Source: Parasitella parasitica NRRL 2501
Lineage: Eukaryota; Fungi; Mucoromycota
Length of the DNA: 64,000 nucleotides
NCBI GenBank assembly: GCA_025201805.1
Contig: MU619333.1
Location: forward strand, 58,871 to 122,870
Direction: 5' to 3'
The notes beneath the pieces are model-generated. The model worked only from the letters and a program-made list of their open reading frames with translations, was not told the origin of the DNA and made no database searches. Every line of letters begins with the position of its first letter. Within the stretch, counting starts at the first letter, position 1. The translations under genes were made by a program, and so were the position numbers. This document shows, in pieces, positions 1-12,207 of the stretch.

Positions 1-888
1 ATGATCGTACTTGGTGACCTTGACAGAAGAGGCCCGACTCAAATAATTTCCATTGTCTGTGATTATCGTTGGCTGAATATTAAGTGATCGTCGAATTAAA
101 GTAGCACTGGATGGATTAGACGGATCGGGTGAGTCAAGATGCGGTATTTGAAGAGATTGAGCGCCTATGATGAAAGGTGATTGGGGATGATCGTAATCAA
201 CGATATCAATAGCCTAGTATATAGAAATTAGTAATGAAAACTAAAACAGATATATTTAACAGCCCCTAAGTTTGTCAATGATTCCAAGAAAGGAAACATC
301 CCAAGAGCCTCCTTAAATATTTACCTGTTGATGCCAATGATTTGAAATTGGTGTAGCAGACGATGAGGTAGAAAATTCAGAGATAGGGGGTAGCACTGAT
401 ATAGCTTTTAATGATGAAGAATGATGTTGAGGTGGTACAGTGCTGATATCAGATATAATGATGGGTGATTGTGGTGGTATATACGTTTTTTTTTCGTCTT
501 GTTGTTGTAATAGTATTTTCTGTAGTTTCCGTCGTCTATGAAATACAAATCCTGCTATAGTTACTGCAATCAGGGCGAGGACCACGAGACCAGTTGTTAA
601 ACCAGCTATCAACGCGGTTTGTTGCTTATTATTGCTGTTATTATTAGAACCTGCTTCGAAATCAGTTGCTGAAATTTGCAATTGATTCCTATCGGTGCAG
701 TAAGCCGGTGGACAAGTATCACATTCCGTCACTAGTTTGTATTCACATATTTGATCAGTACTACATGCTGGCGTACACTCTTCTTTGCATGACCGAGGTG
801 GATTGCAGGAATTTAAGTTTGTGGTTTGTTGCGTTAGGTTGAAATTTCGAGCGATTATCCTGCTGGTTTCTATATAGTAGCAAGACAT
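1..888 (-). CDS. Opy2-like single-pass membrane protein (3'-partial, runs off the window)
   Basis: Cys-rich motif CKEECTPACSTDQICEYKLVTECDTCPPAYC, then a TM helix (LIAGLTTGLVVLALIAVTIAGFVF) and a basic stop-transfer HRRRK. GT-AG intron 324..214; the next exon stays open to position 1 (AIDIVDYDHPQSPF...). Confidence 0.65.
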
Positions 889-1756
889 GTCAATCAGTCA
901 ATTATATATATATAATGTTACATCCACATACTCTTTATTCTCTTGTGATTATACATTCTATTGTTATATACATGTAGAAAAAATAGTAGAAAGAGGAATA
1001 TCTATGGCCAAGCAAAAGAAGGAAAAGAAAGAAGCGGAAAAGAAGGGAGTTGTAAAGTACAACTTTGTATAGTGGTGTGTTTTGTGCTTTTGAATGCGTA
1101 CGCTGTGCGTCAAAAAGGTCACAGCCCTTTCAAAAAGATGGACCCGGTTCTCTGTAACACAGACATGCCTTTACCATAACGTTGTAGGATCACGATACCT
1201 CGAAAAATGATGCACTACACTTATGCTGACAACGATCGCCTTAATATTTTGTGCCAAGATTTATAACAAGCCTCGTTGCTATTGAAAACGAAAAGAAACA
1301 TTCTGACATTTGAGGATAGAAAGATTTACGTTTGTGCATGTACAGTTTTTTTTTCACCGAGTTGAATCAAGGTAGCCCAAATAAGTCTGTTTTCCTGGAA
1401 AGAATATCTTGAGGTTTTGTGTGTACTCTATCTTGGTTTATTTCTCACATATATCAAAAGAATTAGGAAGTTTGTGGCATACTACTCTAAGGTGTTTGTT
1501 TTGTACATTTGAGCATAAGCCTCAAGGGGTGATCGAATTGACGGATTTACGAGATTTTTAAGTTAGTATTGATCGTTTCAATGTTTAATTTTGTTGTATT
1601 CTTTTTACAACGCACATGAAGCCAAGACCAAACAATTTGTGTTCAATCCAGTTTCATATTATAGGAAACGAGACTTTAATGCAAGATTTTATGGATAATC
1701 ATCTAGATGTCCTGTTTGGCGTGGCGTTAGAGGAGGTGCGGGCGTGCGTATAACCT

Positions 1757-1819
<63 letters not shown>

Positions 1820-1902
1820 AGACAGGAGCCATTTTCCTATATACTTGCGAGTACAACTACACATTAAAGAAGTATCAATAGGTCAAACTTATTTCTCAAT
1901 AT

Positions 1903-2340
1903 ATGTATAATGCAAGCAAGCACATGAAATCGCCCATAATGCACGTCTATCCTAATTATTATTCTCCTTATTTTGTTGGACATGATAGGTCTAACGAAAA
2001 TAGTAAAAATATCGACTTGGAAACTCAAGAATCCATTCGAGTACTAGAAGACATATTAAGTGACGATGCGAAGTTAAGGGCATTACTATCAAAAAAGCCT
2101 GATTTATTTAGTATTTCTGAGAAAGCAAGAATGCAGACTTATCTTTCTGCCAAACCGTAAGTTTTGCTGTTTAAAACTATTGAAAGATTACTGCAACCAT
2201 TTTCACAATCTATCGCAGAAAGCTCAAGTAAGATACAACTAATTCCAATGAAGAGAGAAACAAATTGTCATGAATAATTTAGAGGATTTTGTATTAGCAG
2301 TAGTAGCTATTTCATCTTCCTATCTTTTTTAAGAGAATGA
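1903..2340 (+). pseudogene. Possible degraded ORF fragment of unknown family
   Basis: An 85-aa ORF continues in frame past its stop (VLLFKTIERLLQPFSQ...) and follows a long poly-T tract; no family recognised. Confidence 0.2.
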
Positions 2341-2690
2341 TTTGATGAGATAAAGAATTTTGAACATACTACGAATTGTTTCTTTAAAGCATCTCATTAT
2401 TCCAAATAAAATTATAATTCAAGTTCTCTTCTTATCTCTCCTTATCCGAGCAAAGTAACGAACGACTTCCATTTGGGCTATGCTTAAATGTTGATCATTA
2501 TTTGAAACCTTTTTTCCATTTTGGCTCTTTCACGAGGGTCACAGCTATTGTTCTTGATTGGAGAGCGGCAGTTATCTCATGACAGATAAAGAAAAATGTT
2601 ATATAGTTGTGTGCCTTTCCACCTCTTTTGTACTATCATTATTTTATTTTTTGCCTTTCATGAACCAATAGAGACAGCTACGACTTAAAT

Positions 2691-4269
2691 ATGAAGTTTG
2701 GAAAGCAAATGGAGACAGCAGCATTTGATCTTCCAGAAAACTGGAGACCACATCTTATTCATTATAAAACATTGAAAAAATCCATCAGACTAGTGGTAGA
2801 TGAACTCGAATCTAGAGGCCTCTCAACAGAATGGCTGAATACTTTAGATACAGACAAAGCAATGCAACTAGATTATGTGTTTGATGGTAACTATAGCTAA
2901 TCATCACTTATATCTTGACTGAGTCAAAAAATGTTGTTTTTAGGTGATGTAAAAGACCCTCACCCTTGTATTAAAATTACTATCGATGATCCCACCTCCA
3001 TAGCAACCGGAGAAGAGCCGGCTCTGCTGAAGTTTATACCATTAACCAAGCAATTAAACACGGAACCACTGTCCATCAAAATCGAGCTTGTTCGTGATAC
3101 TGAATTCTTTCATCTGCTTATACATGAACTCTCGCATGCCGCTGCTCTTCATGATAAAGAAAAAAGTAGATTTATTGGTGATGTGGATACTTTGGAAGGC
3201 CAATTAACAATTGCAGTAATATACTTGTTTGTGATTTTTAACTGATATAACATGAAGTTAATATTCCCATGTTAGGCATCTCCACAAAAGAAAGATTTAT
3301 ACACCTGGAGGGAAATTTTCAATTTGTATACAAAAGCTCAGATATTTAGAAACGAAACTGAAGGCCAATATTCACCTCAATCTCATGAGAGAAGTCAACA
3401 AAAGTTTCAGTGGTTTACAAGAGAATTGGCCAGAATGAACTTGGTAAGACTGGATGTATATTTATTTGGAAGAATATGGTCCACTTACAATTATCCAGAC
3501 AAAAAAGCTATCGTCCAGACACTCCAAGAAGGCCATAACTCAATTTTTGGCCATAAATGCTCAATTAGTTCATTTCAAGCATTTCCAGTCATTAAATCAG
3601 ACTGCAATGATAAAGATCCTCAAGAAACACGACAAAAGAAGTGGGTTAAGGTAGTTGGTAAATAATCAGGCTCACAAGTCATTATTTAACCAATCTTGTA
3701 TTTACGTCTAGTGCTACTTCAGAGTTTCCTTCTTTTGCTAAGGATAATGCTATTTTTGTCGAAGGAATTTTGCAGTCTTTGTTCAATGCGATTCAAACTA
3801 AATTGGTTACAATTGTTCCGCAACCAGATGATTATGATTGCCCTGTTTGTTTTTGTAAGTACCTCCTTGCTTTATTACTGAATTTTCCTAAAAATTACAT
3901 GTGTATATACGTGAAGCTATCGCTTGGCGACCTATTCGATTAGAATGCGGACACGTCTTTTGCGTCAGATGCTTAATCAAAGCACATAGAAAACGCCTAT
4001 ATGATTGCCCCATCTGCCGACAGGATCATGCAGTAGGTAATGCTGATGCAAACAATTTGGATCATACTTTACAAAACTTCATGTTGCTTTACTTTCCCAA
4101 AGAAATCAAGGAGAAGCGTAAAGAAAACGAACAAGATCAAGCGTCTATCAATAGACAACAACGTGTAAAGTATAATCCACCCTCTCGCAGAATGGGACAT
4201 GCTTCATCTACAATTGCTCCAGGCAACTCGACGGTATCATCTCACAGTTCTAATTGTAATATTATGTAA
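2691..4269 (+). CDS. SPX-domain / RING-finger E3 ubiquitin ligase (Pqr1/NLA-like architecture), 6 exons
   Basis: SPX motifs MKFGKQ...HYKTLKK and NQTAMIKILKKHDKR; spliced C3HC4 RING CPVCFSIAWRPIRLECGHVFCVRC...CPICR; GT-AG introns near 2888, 3217, 3443, 3651 and 3855. Confidence 0.9.
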
Positions 4270-4906
4270 AAACACACTATCACTATCACATCTTAATCCC
4301 GTAATTTTGTAAATATATTACCAATATTTTTTTAGTCTTTCATATTAATACATCATCCAAGAATAAGCGTTTATTGAGTGACCATATGTTGATCGTCGGA
4401 TTTGTGATGAGACATGTCATTAGTGTACGATCAGTATTAGCTTATTTGACATCCGACGTAACTAATTTTAGACTCTTGAAGTAGTGTTGCGTGTTGTGAG
4501 CTTCGGCAACGCAAAGCGTTAAATACTTGATCGTATAGCATCAACTTAAAGTTTATATGTTGATTACAAAAACTGTAATGTTCAATTGATGTTACAGGAA
4601 TAAAAAGTATAGGTACCAGAAGCATTGGTAGATTGAAATTCATGAAATTTTAATTATCTCTGACTAGAATGGTACGTCTTCTTCCGTAAATTCTGCAACA
4701 GTGATGGTGAGGTACCCAGCTTCAAGAAATATCCAAGGCCTATATCACTGCTAGTTCGAATTGACATGGAACTTTAAGCTTAGGATGAAAGCAAACAACA
4801 AAGCCACTTGATGGACCGGATTACTTTGCTCGGAGTATGGAGATTCTAAACAAGACAAAAGTGAAATCAGAATGCAGAAACATCAAGTTCCTTCTCTAAA
4901 TACACC

Positions 4907-5799
4907 ATGGGTAAATTGACACTATAGTCTATCCATCAAGACATCCATCCATGAAAGATTAATATCAATCCATTATTATAATAGGTATCAGTCGTGATTC
5001 TCGTCACAAGCGTAGCGCTACCGGTGCTAGACGTGATCAATACAGAAAGAAGAGAAAGTAAGATTTTTTGCCTTCGACAGTCTAAGAAGAGATATTGATA
5101 TATAAAAAACGAAAAAAATAGGTTCGAGTTAGGTCGTCAATCTGCCAACACCAAGTTGGGTGGAAAGCGTATTCATCTTGTCCGTGTCCGTGGTGGTAAC
5201 TTCAAGCGTCGTGCTCTCCGTCTTGAATCTGGTAACTTCTCCTGGGGTTCCGAAGGTATCTCTCGCAAGACTCGTGCTTTGACCGTTGTCTATAACGCTT
5301 CCAACAACGAGTTGGTTCGTACCAACACTCTCGTTAAGGGTGCTGTCATCCAAATTGATGCCACCCCCTTCCGTCAATGGTACGAATCTCACTACGCCAT
5401 CAACCTCGGCAAGAAGTCTGCCGATGCTGTAAGTTTTATCGAAAGAAAAAAAAATGTATGCGGATGTCATGTATATTTATATTGTGTATGTGTGTGTTTT
5501 TTTTTCAGGAAACCGCTACTGAGAAGAAGTCCAAGAGCGTCGAAAAGAAGATTGCTGCTCGTGCTGCTACTGCTGCTATCGATCCTCTTTTGAATGATCA
5601 ATTCAATGCCGGTCGTCTCTACGCTGTCATTGCTTCTCGTCCTGGTCAATCTGGTCGCTGTGATGGTTATATTCTTGAGGGTAAGGAACTCGAGTTCTAC
5701 CTCCGTAAGATCAAGGTAAGGATTTTGACAGGTCTAATATTAAATGGTTGCTATGGATACTAATTTCTCTTAATTTAATAGTCCAAGAAGCACCATTAA
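4907..5799 (+). CDS. RPS8: 40S ribosomal protein S8 (eS8), 5 exons
   Basis: ATG G|gt at 4907; spliced product [18 protein letters not shown]...[19 protein letters not shown]...[19 protein letters not shown]...SKKHH*. Confidence 0.97.
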
Positions 5800-6160
5800 G
5801 TTTCTTAATTTTCATTTATAAAAATAAAAAAGCTTTATATTCACTGGTTTTTTTGATAAAAAAAATCCCAAAGTTTATACTATTTATCGAATTATCTCAT
5901 CAATAATATTTGATTAATTCAATATCTGGATTGCGTTGATGAAAATTGTGTACTTTGTTGTTTCTGTATCTTTGCTTATGAATCTGAGCCATTATAAAAA
6001 TTTTGCCTGTGTAGCCCAAGTTAGCTTTTCTTTGACAGATCCCGGTCCGAGCTTAGTCGATGTGCTGAATAAAAGTAAGAGCCGGCCTACCAAATTTATC
6101 ATCGAGTCGATAAGCTATAGGCGTTGATTCTCCCTCTTTTAGCTTCAATATAGTCCAACA

Positions 6161-7020
6161 ATGGTATGTTGAACATCAATTATATGTATATAGACTTGGC
6201 TTTAAGAATGTATGGGGATACAACGTATAATGGATGGATGGATCTTTAATATTATGGATCAATGTTTTGTGTTTCTCTTCAGTTGGATGTGAGCGGTGAA
6301 CGACAATGACTGCTACTGAAGCAATTATATGATACATGCCAACACCATTACTTCAATATTTGTACCTGTTTCTCATACATTCAAAAAAAAAAAAGCACTG
6401 GATATTTACATGTATTTGTAAAAAAAAACAAGTGGATATTTTCACGGAATTGCATAAATGCTAACCATATTAATGGAATGTAGAGCGCCGAAGAACAGAA
6501 GGTTACCAAGAACCCCATGCGCAACCTCCAAATTGAGAAATTAGTTCTCAACATTTGTGTTGGTGAATCTGGTGATAGACTTACCCGTGCTGCCAAGGTT
6601 TTGGAACAATTGACTGGTCAAACACCCGTCTACTCCAAGGCTCGTTACACTGTCCGTACTTTCTCTATTCGTCGTAACGAAAAAATCTCTGTTCATGTCA
6701 CTGTCCGTGGTCCCAAGGCTGAGGAGATCCTCGAACGTGGTTTGAAGGTCAAGGAATATGAACTCAAGGCCCGTAACTTTTCTCAAACCGGTAACTTTGG
6801 TTTCGGTATCGACGAACACATTGATTTGGGCATCAAGTATGATCCTTCCATTGGTATCTACGGTATGGATTACTACGTTGTCATGGGCCGTCCTGGTAAC
6901 CGTGTCGCTCGCAGAAAGCACTGCAAAGCCAAGGTTGGTGTCAAGCATCAAATAAAGAAGGAGGAAGCTATGGAATGGTTCAAGACACGTTTCGATGGCT
7001 CTATTTCTTTCAAGGCTTAA
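6161..7020 (+). CDS. RPL11: 60S ribosomal protein L11 (uL5); ATG-only first exon and 320-nt intron 6164-6483
   Basis: [34 protein letters not shown]...[14 protein letters not shown]; ATG|gtatgt at 6161 and tag|AGC at 6483/6484. Confidence 0.97.
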
Positions 7021-7121
7021 ATATTTTTTTATATACAATAAAAATCCAGAGATCATTTATACTTTTATTACTTGTATGATTATCTTGTATTGGTGTGAGA
7101 AATGAAGGGTATTTTCTTGCT

Positions 7122-7394
7122 TTATTCGTGGGGTGCTTTGGCTGTTTGCCATGGTGTTCGATCCATTGGACAGCTTTCCTCTCTAGTGGAACTTTGGAAC
7201 CAGGTCTCGATACAATGAAGATGAAAAACATGGCTACATTCTCCCCAAATGAGAGGGCAATCATCGCCAGGTCTTTTACAATTGGGACAACAGCCGTCAT
7301 AGTCAGAATGGCAGATACCACACACATCATCTTCGTCTTTCACATCCCAGCTCCATTGAGCAGCCATAGTCCATGATACAATATTAATTTTCAT
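7122..7394 (-). CDS. APC11: Anaphase-promoting complex subunit 11 (RING-H2)
   Basis: MKINIVSWTMAAQWSW...DVCGIC...DGCCPNCKRPGDDCPLIWGECSHVFHLHCI...CPMDR. Confidence 0.93.
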   Translation of the reverse strand: MKINIVSWTMAAQWSWDVKDEDDVCGICHSDYDGCCPNCKRPGDDCPLIWGECSHVFHLHCIETWFQSSTREESCPMDRTPWQTAKAPHE

Positions 7395-7967
7395 TGTGTA
7401 AAAATGATGCAGTTCGTGTTCAAAAACATTGAACAACTTTGACGTCTTTTTGCCGGTACCGTATCAATTGGGCGTCACAGTAATGCCTGGTGCAGTGCAC
7501 ATGTTGTACTGGAGTAGGGTACCATGGTACCAATGAATGGACGTGATTCCGATTTCATACGATACTCCACTGTAAGGTAATGGCCTGTACAGTCGAAGAA
7601 AAAAATTTGCATTTTTGCAATATTTTTCTCTACATTTCTGGAATAGACTTGATTTTTTTTTACCAGTGAATTACATTCATACAAGGGCTGATGTGTACTG
7701 TGTGCATTTCACACAGACTTGGTAATTGGATGGAGTAAAACTTTCACCGTGCGATGAGCTACAAACAAAATGTACACCTGTGAACGTAAGGTGCACATAA
7801 AAAAACATGCTACGATGGCGTATGTAACGTTTCTTTATTGAGGAAATGTGCCGAAGACAGGGAAAATCGGCGTTGATTGTGATTCATTATTCTTACGACT
7901 CAGGGGACGTTTGTCTTGTTGAAATTACCAGGCAAAGATGAGATCAGGGGATACTTGTCTCGCATAA

Positions 7968-9363
7968 TTATCTGGCAATGCTACACCATTTAAAGGAGAA
8001 ATGGATTAAGATTGCTCTTTGGGAAGCCCTGACTTGATTTGTATTCAAGGTAGCGATTGCCTCTACAGCAGGAATAGCCGTAGGTTCAATAAGATTCGAC
8101 AACGGATACTGTAGCTGTTTGAGGTCTACCCGCTGCATTGAAAGCACTGTATTGTTTACCACTCCTTAATGCCAACCAAAGAATAAAGTTGGACCGAAAC
8201 AGCCATTAATAGCCGTTTTAAAGTTGATGGTATTATTCAGGATACGAGCAACAAAATTGCTTTGGATAGTACTCATTACAATGGAGATACTAAACAATAG
8301 GTGAGCATTGACGATGGCGTGCCATTTAAAATTGTCTTGTTCCTTCGAGAAATAATATTATCCTGATAAACACCCTTCTGTACTAGTCTAGCCAGTGCAT
8401 TAATGTGTTCGTTGATAACATTAGGATGGACAAGGTTTTGTGATACCTTACAAAGGATGTTGTTGAACTCTTGAGCAAAATCAGGGACTCGCAGGGTCTC
8501 ATTTAATAAGGGGTGAGCATCATGGAGCCTAAGGGAACTGCTAGCATTACCGATCCACATGTCAGTTAAAGAGTAAAAAGCGGTATTTCCATAATATTTT
8601 CCATGGTGAATCAAATAAAAACGAGATTTGATCTATTGTTATATATCCATTTGTGTTGCCAAGTGAAGTTTCTAGTGCAGCACTAAATAACTCAAATAAT
8701 GCATAATAATCATACAAAAGCAGTAATACAAAAAAAAAAACTTTAGAGGCTAGATGTCTCGATATACCTATTCTAGGCCTCGACAGGCTTTACATTGCCA
8801 ATTATCTCAGAGGTATTGGTAATAAAGTGTGCAAATGCAATGAGACATTTAAAACTATGGTCCCTGTCTGATATTGGCATCCTGTTTGATAGAGTAATAA
8901 TTATTAGAAAAAAAAATGGCTACGATTAATGCTCGTGCAGTATGAAAATTCATTTTCTCCAAAATAAGCCATAGTTGCATTAAAATCACCGAAATGGAGG
9001 ATACGATTTTCGTACAAGTTAGAATATAGAAATCATTCAATGTATGATAATCCGTCGGTGCTAGTCAATTAATAGACTCTTTCTCAACGACATCACCAGC
9101 ATTGTCTACTTTGGTATATTGATATGCTTTAATTGAAAAATTCTAAGGCCAACGTGCAATCACAGAAACTAAGGTTGCGCGTTGTATGCATGAAAATTCT
9201 CTTTGAAAACGCAATCCAGCGCATCTTATGGGAATTGGAAACGAAATTTCTTACCAATATGTCATGATTTAGAATGAACGTCCTGTAGCTAATACGTATG
9301 CTTTGTTTTTTCTCTTTTCAAGAGCCTGATCAAATCCAGCATTTGATAAAGATGCTTTGTCAT
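7968..9363 (-). pseudogene. Decayed CotH-family paralogue
   Basis: Frameshifted, stop-ridden fragments align in order with the neighbouring CotH: YQYTKVDNAGDVVEKES~YSYVRFNKDSQSLEEKEA; LETSLGNTNGYI~LEVLLGDTDGYI; HPLLNETLRVPDFAQEF...HINALARLVQKGVYQD~RPLLKQILKVPEFKAKF...HIDALAAMIKEDVAWD; RILNNTINFKTAING...GIKEW~RVLRNNISFETAVNG...GLKQW. Ends are approximate. Confidence 0.8.
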
Positions 9364-10386
9364 GGTCGTTGTACAAAGAAGATTACGGCAGATTAAAGAA
9401 CCTAAATGGGCAAATATATATATTCAAGCATTGCTCGGTCTAATTGAATCCTGAAATGCTTTATTAAATAATACTTTTGAAATCTAAAGAAAGAAAAGTA
9501 GACAAAGGTGTATTCATACTTTGATCAGAAGATATCAATCAGTTTAACTCTTTTATTCTTCTCAAATCTATGCTTTGGAGGCATAACAACGAAAAAGACG
9601 GAAAATAGGAGATCTGAACGCATTGAAGTGCTGGTTACATCGCCTTTTATATCATGCATATGGTAAAGAATAGGGCTACTTGTGTAGAAACATCTCTCCT
9701 TTTATAAATTTAACGGAATTTATTGTCAAGCCTGGGAATTCCATGATTTACATATAAATCCAAAAAGAGGATCCAATATCGTGGTATTATTGCTAGCTTA
9801 CGGATATATCTCAAAGTGTCATTCCTGTAATCAGATTGCGAGTGGGATTATCTACATATACGGTTGAATAAATCACAGTAAAGATATAAATACATGGAGC
9901 AGCATCTAATCATTCATGACATAGCAATGCATTGGTCCTTGTTCAAGCAAATCAGCCAGGGATAGTAATGCAAGCGTGATCAACAAGCTGCATTTGGTGT
10001 TGCCAGCCACACGAATTTTGTTTATCATTATCAGCCCTCATCCTGCGCAACATTACGAGTAATTGCTCCTATCTGAGGTATTCAATATATCGGCGTTGTG
10101 TGTTTTAGTTTTACCAAGAAAATGACCATCATTGAAACGAATGCTCAGCATGATTACAACATGGATACATTTGTATACAACTTGAAAACACGCTACTGGG
10201 CACAGTTAGTGTAACTGTGCAATGACAGAAATGTTAACAGAGCCCTTCCATACACGTGTTGTAAATTACACAAATCTATTTGTCCCACTCCTTTAAGAGA
10301 GGCTATGTATATATATATATGTATATAAAGCGGGCTCAACCATTTGCATCTGTTTTCCTTTCCATCTACTTCTGTTGCCATTAAAA

Positions 10387-12207
10387 ATGCTTCAGAAACC
10401 AGTATTCCTCGCAGTGTTCTTGCTAGGCATTTCCAATGCGATTGCGCAGAACATTACCTACAAAGTGGTGACAACAGCCATCGGCCATGATGATCCAGTT
10501 ACTATGGGTGTATTGGTCGATGATTATAAAACACCATTCCCATTAATTGCATCAGCAGATATTCCATACATATACACAGGCAATGCGCCAATTGCAAAGT
10601 CTGGCTATAGCTACGTTCGTTTCAACAAAGACTCCCAGTCGCTAGAAGAAAAGGAAGCATTCAGCAGAGATGCGATCCAAACAGACACAGTATTTGAATT
10701 CTATAACAGGTCGCAAAACACATATTCTGTACCTGGATTACCTCAACTTTACGAACCCATCGATTCCATCAATCGAGTAAAGTCAGACCTGCACTATAAT
10801 GACAGAATCCCAACCATCTTCATTTCTGGTGACATTTCATCTATCCAAACTAATTCTTCCAAAGGTGTTAATGCTGCAATTGATGTTACATATGTTAGGT
10901 ATGTACGCATCTTGCGACATGAGACGCATATACTGAACTTTTGTATAGTTTAGATCAAGCAATGACGCTTAAGGGAGCAAAAATTCAGTTATCAGGTCGT
11001 GGAACCAGGAACCTGCCCAAAGCATCCTACAAAATCAAGTTTGGCAAGCAAGATCTGTTTTTTGGCTACAAGACTATCAAGTTGCGATCTCTCATTACTG
11101 ATCCTTCTTATATCCGAGAAAAGATGGGATTTGATTTGGCCGAATCTTTCGGGCTTCCCACTACTCGATATTCCTTTGCCAGGTACAAATTTATACATTT
11201 CTGTTTTCTAGACAACATTTTACTAATAATAGAACATTAGGTTATTTGTTAATAACAAGCCTCTTGGTCTGTTTGGTGTTGAAGAAGACTTTTCCAATCC
11301 TTGGCTTGCAAACGAGTTCAATAATGGCGTCGATCAAGGCTTCAACCAAGGCATTCTTTACAATGGCGCTATTCGCTCCAATCTGCAGTACCTCGGGGAA
11401 AGTGAAGCCCCTTACCTCGAAGTCAAAGTCAAAAAGTTTGGTGACACAGCGTACAGCATCAAAGCAAAACCCACGAATGGAAACGCTGATATGAAAAAAT
11501 TGATTGCTTTCACCAAGTTTTTGAAGGAAGCTCCCTCTATAGATTCAGATGCTGTTGCTACGTGGAACAGCCATGTGAATACAGATAGCGTACTTAGAAG
11601 CCTGGCCTTAGAAGTGCTCCTGGGAGATACCGATGGTTACATAAGCAGCGGTGATAACTACTACATTTATGAAGACCCCGCTCATAATGGCAGATTCGTC
11701 TACATTATGTACGATTTGGATTTGACCCAAGGCTCTGCCTCCCGTCACTCTGTGTCTGAAACATTGAAGGGTGATTACCAAAAGTTTTTGGGTTACAATG
11801 AAGCAAGACCACTTTTGAAGCAAATTCTCAAGGTCCCTGAATTTAAAGCCAAGTTCGAATCTATTCTTCGTGATTTCATCCGAAAACAACAAGACAACCA
11901 AGAATTTTTGTACCAACACATTGATGCTTTAGCCGCAATGATCAAGGAAGACGTTGCCTGGGACAAATCCATTTCCAGAGAGCATCGTGAAACCACTGTA
12001 AGCCAGTATTTAGAAGAAATTGTCGAAAATGGCAAAGAGGCAAACGGCAAGGCAGCTGAAGCTCCTGTCGTGGACTACTCTGAAAGAGTTTTGCGCAATA
12101 ATATCTCATTCGAAACTGCTGTCAATGGCAATATTGATCGCCTAACTCTTATGGGCTTGAAGCAGTGGTATTCAAAGATGATTGAATCTTATTCTTCGTT
12201 CCTATAA
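10387..12207 (+). CDS. CotH-family secreted atypical kinase / spore-coat protein, 3 exons (10387-10898, 10949-11182, 11241-12207)
   Basis: Signal peptide MLQKPVFLAVFLLGISNAIA; CotH motifs LSGRGTR..PKASYKIK, IKLRSLITDPSYIREK, RLFVNNKPLGLFGVEE, DGYISSGDNYYIY and YDLDLT. Confidence 0.92.

Noticed and set aside
4669-4848. Possible spliced uORF (ATG|gtacgt...ttag|GAT) upstream of RPS8
   Set aside because: Only ~22 codons, no clear branch point and no recognisable peptide.
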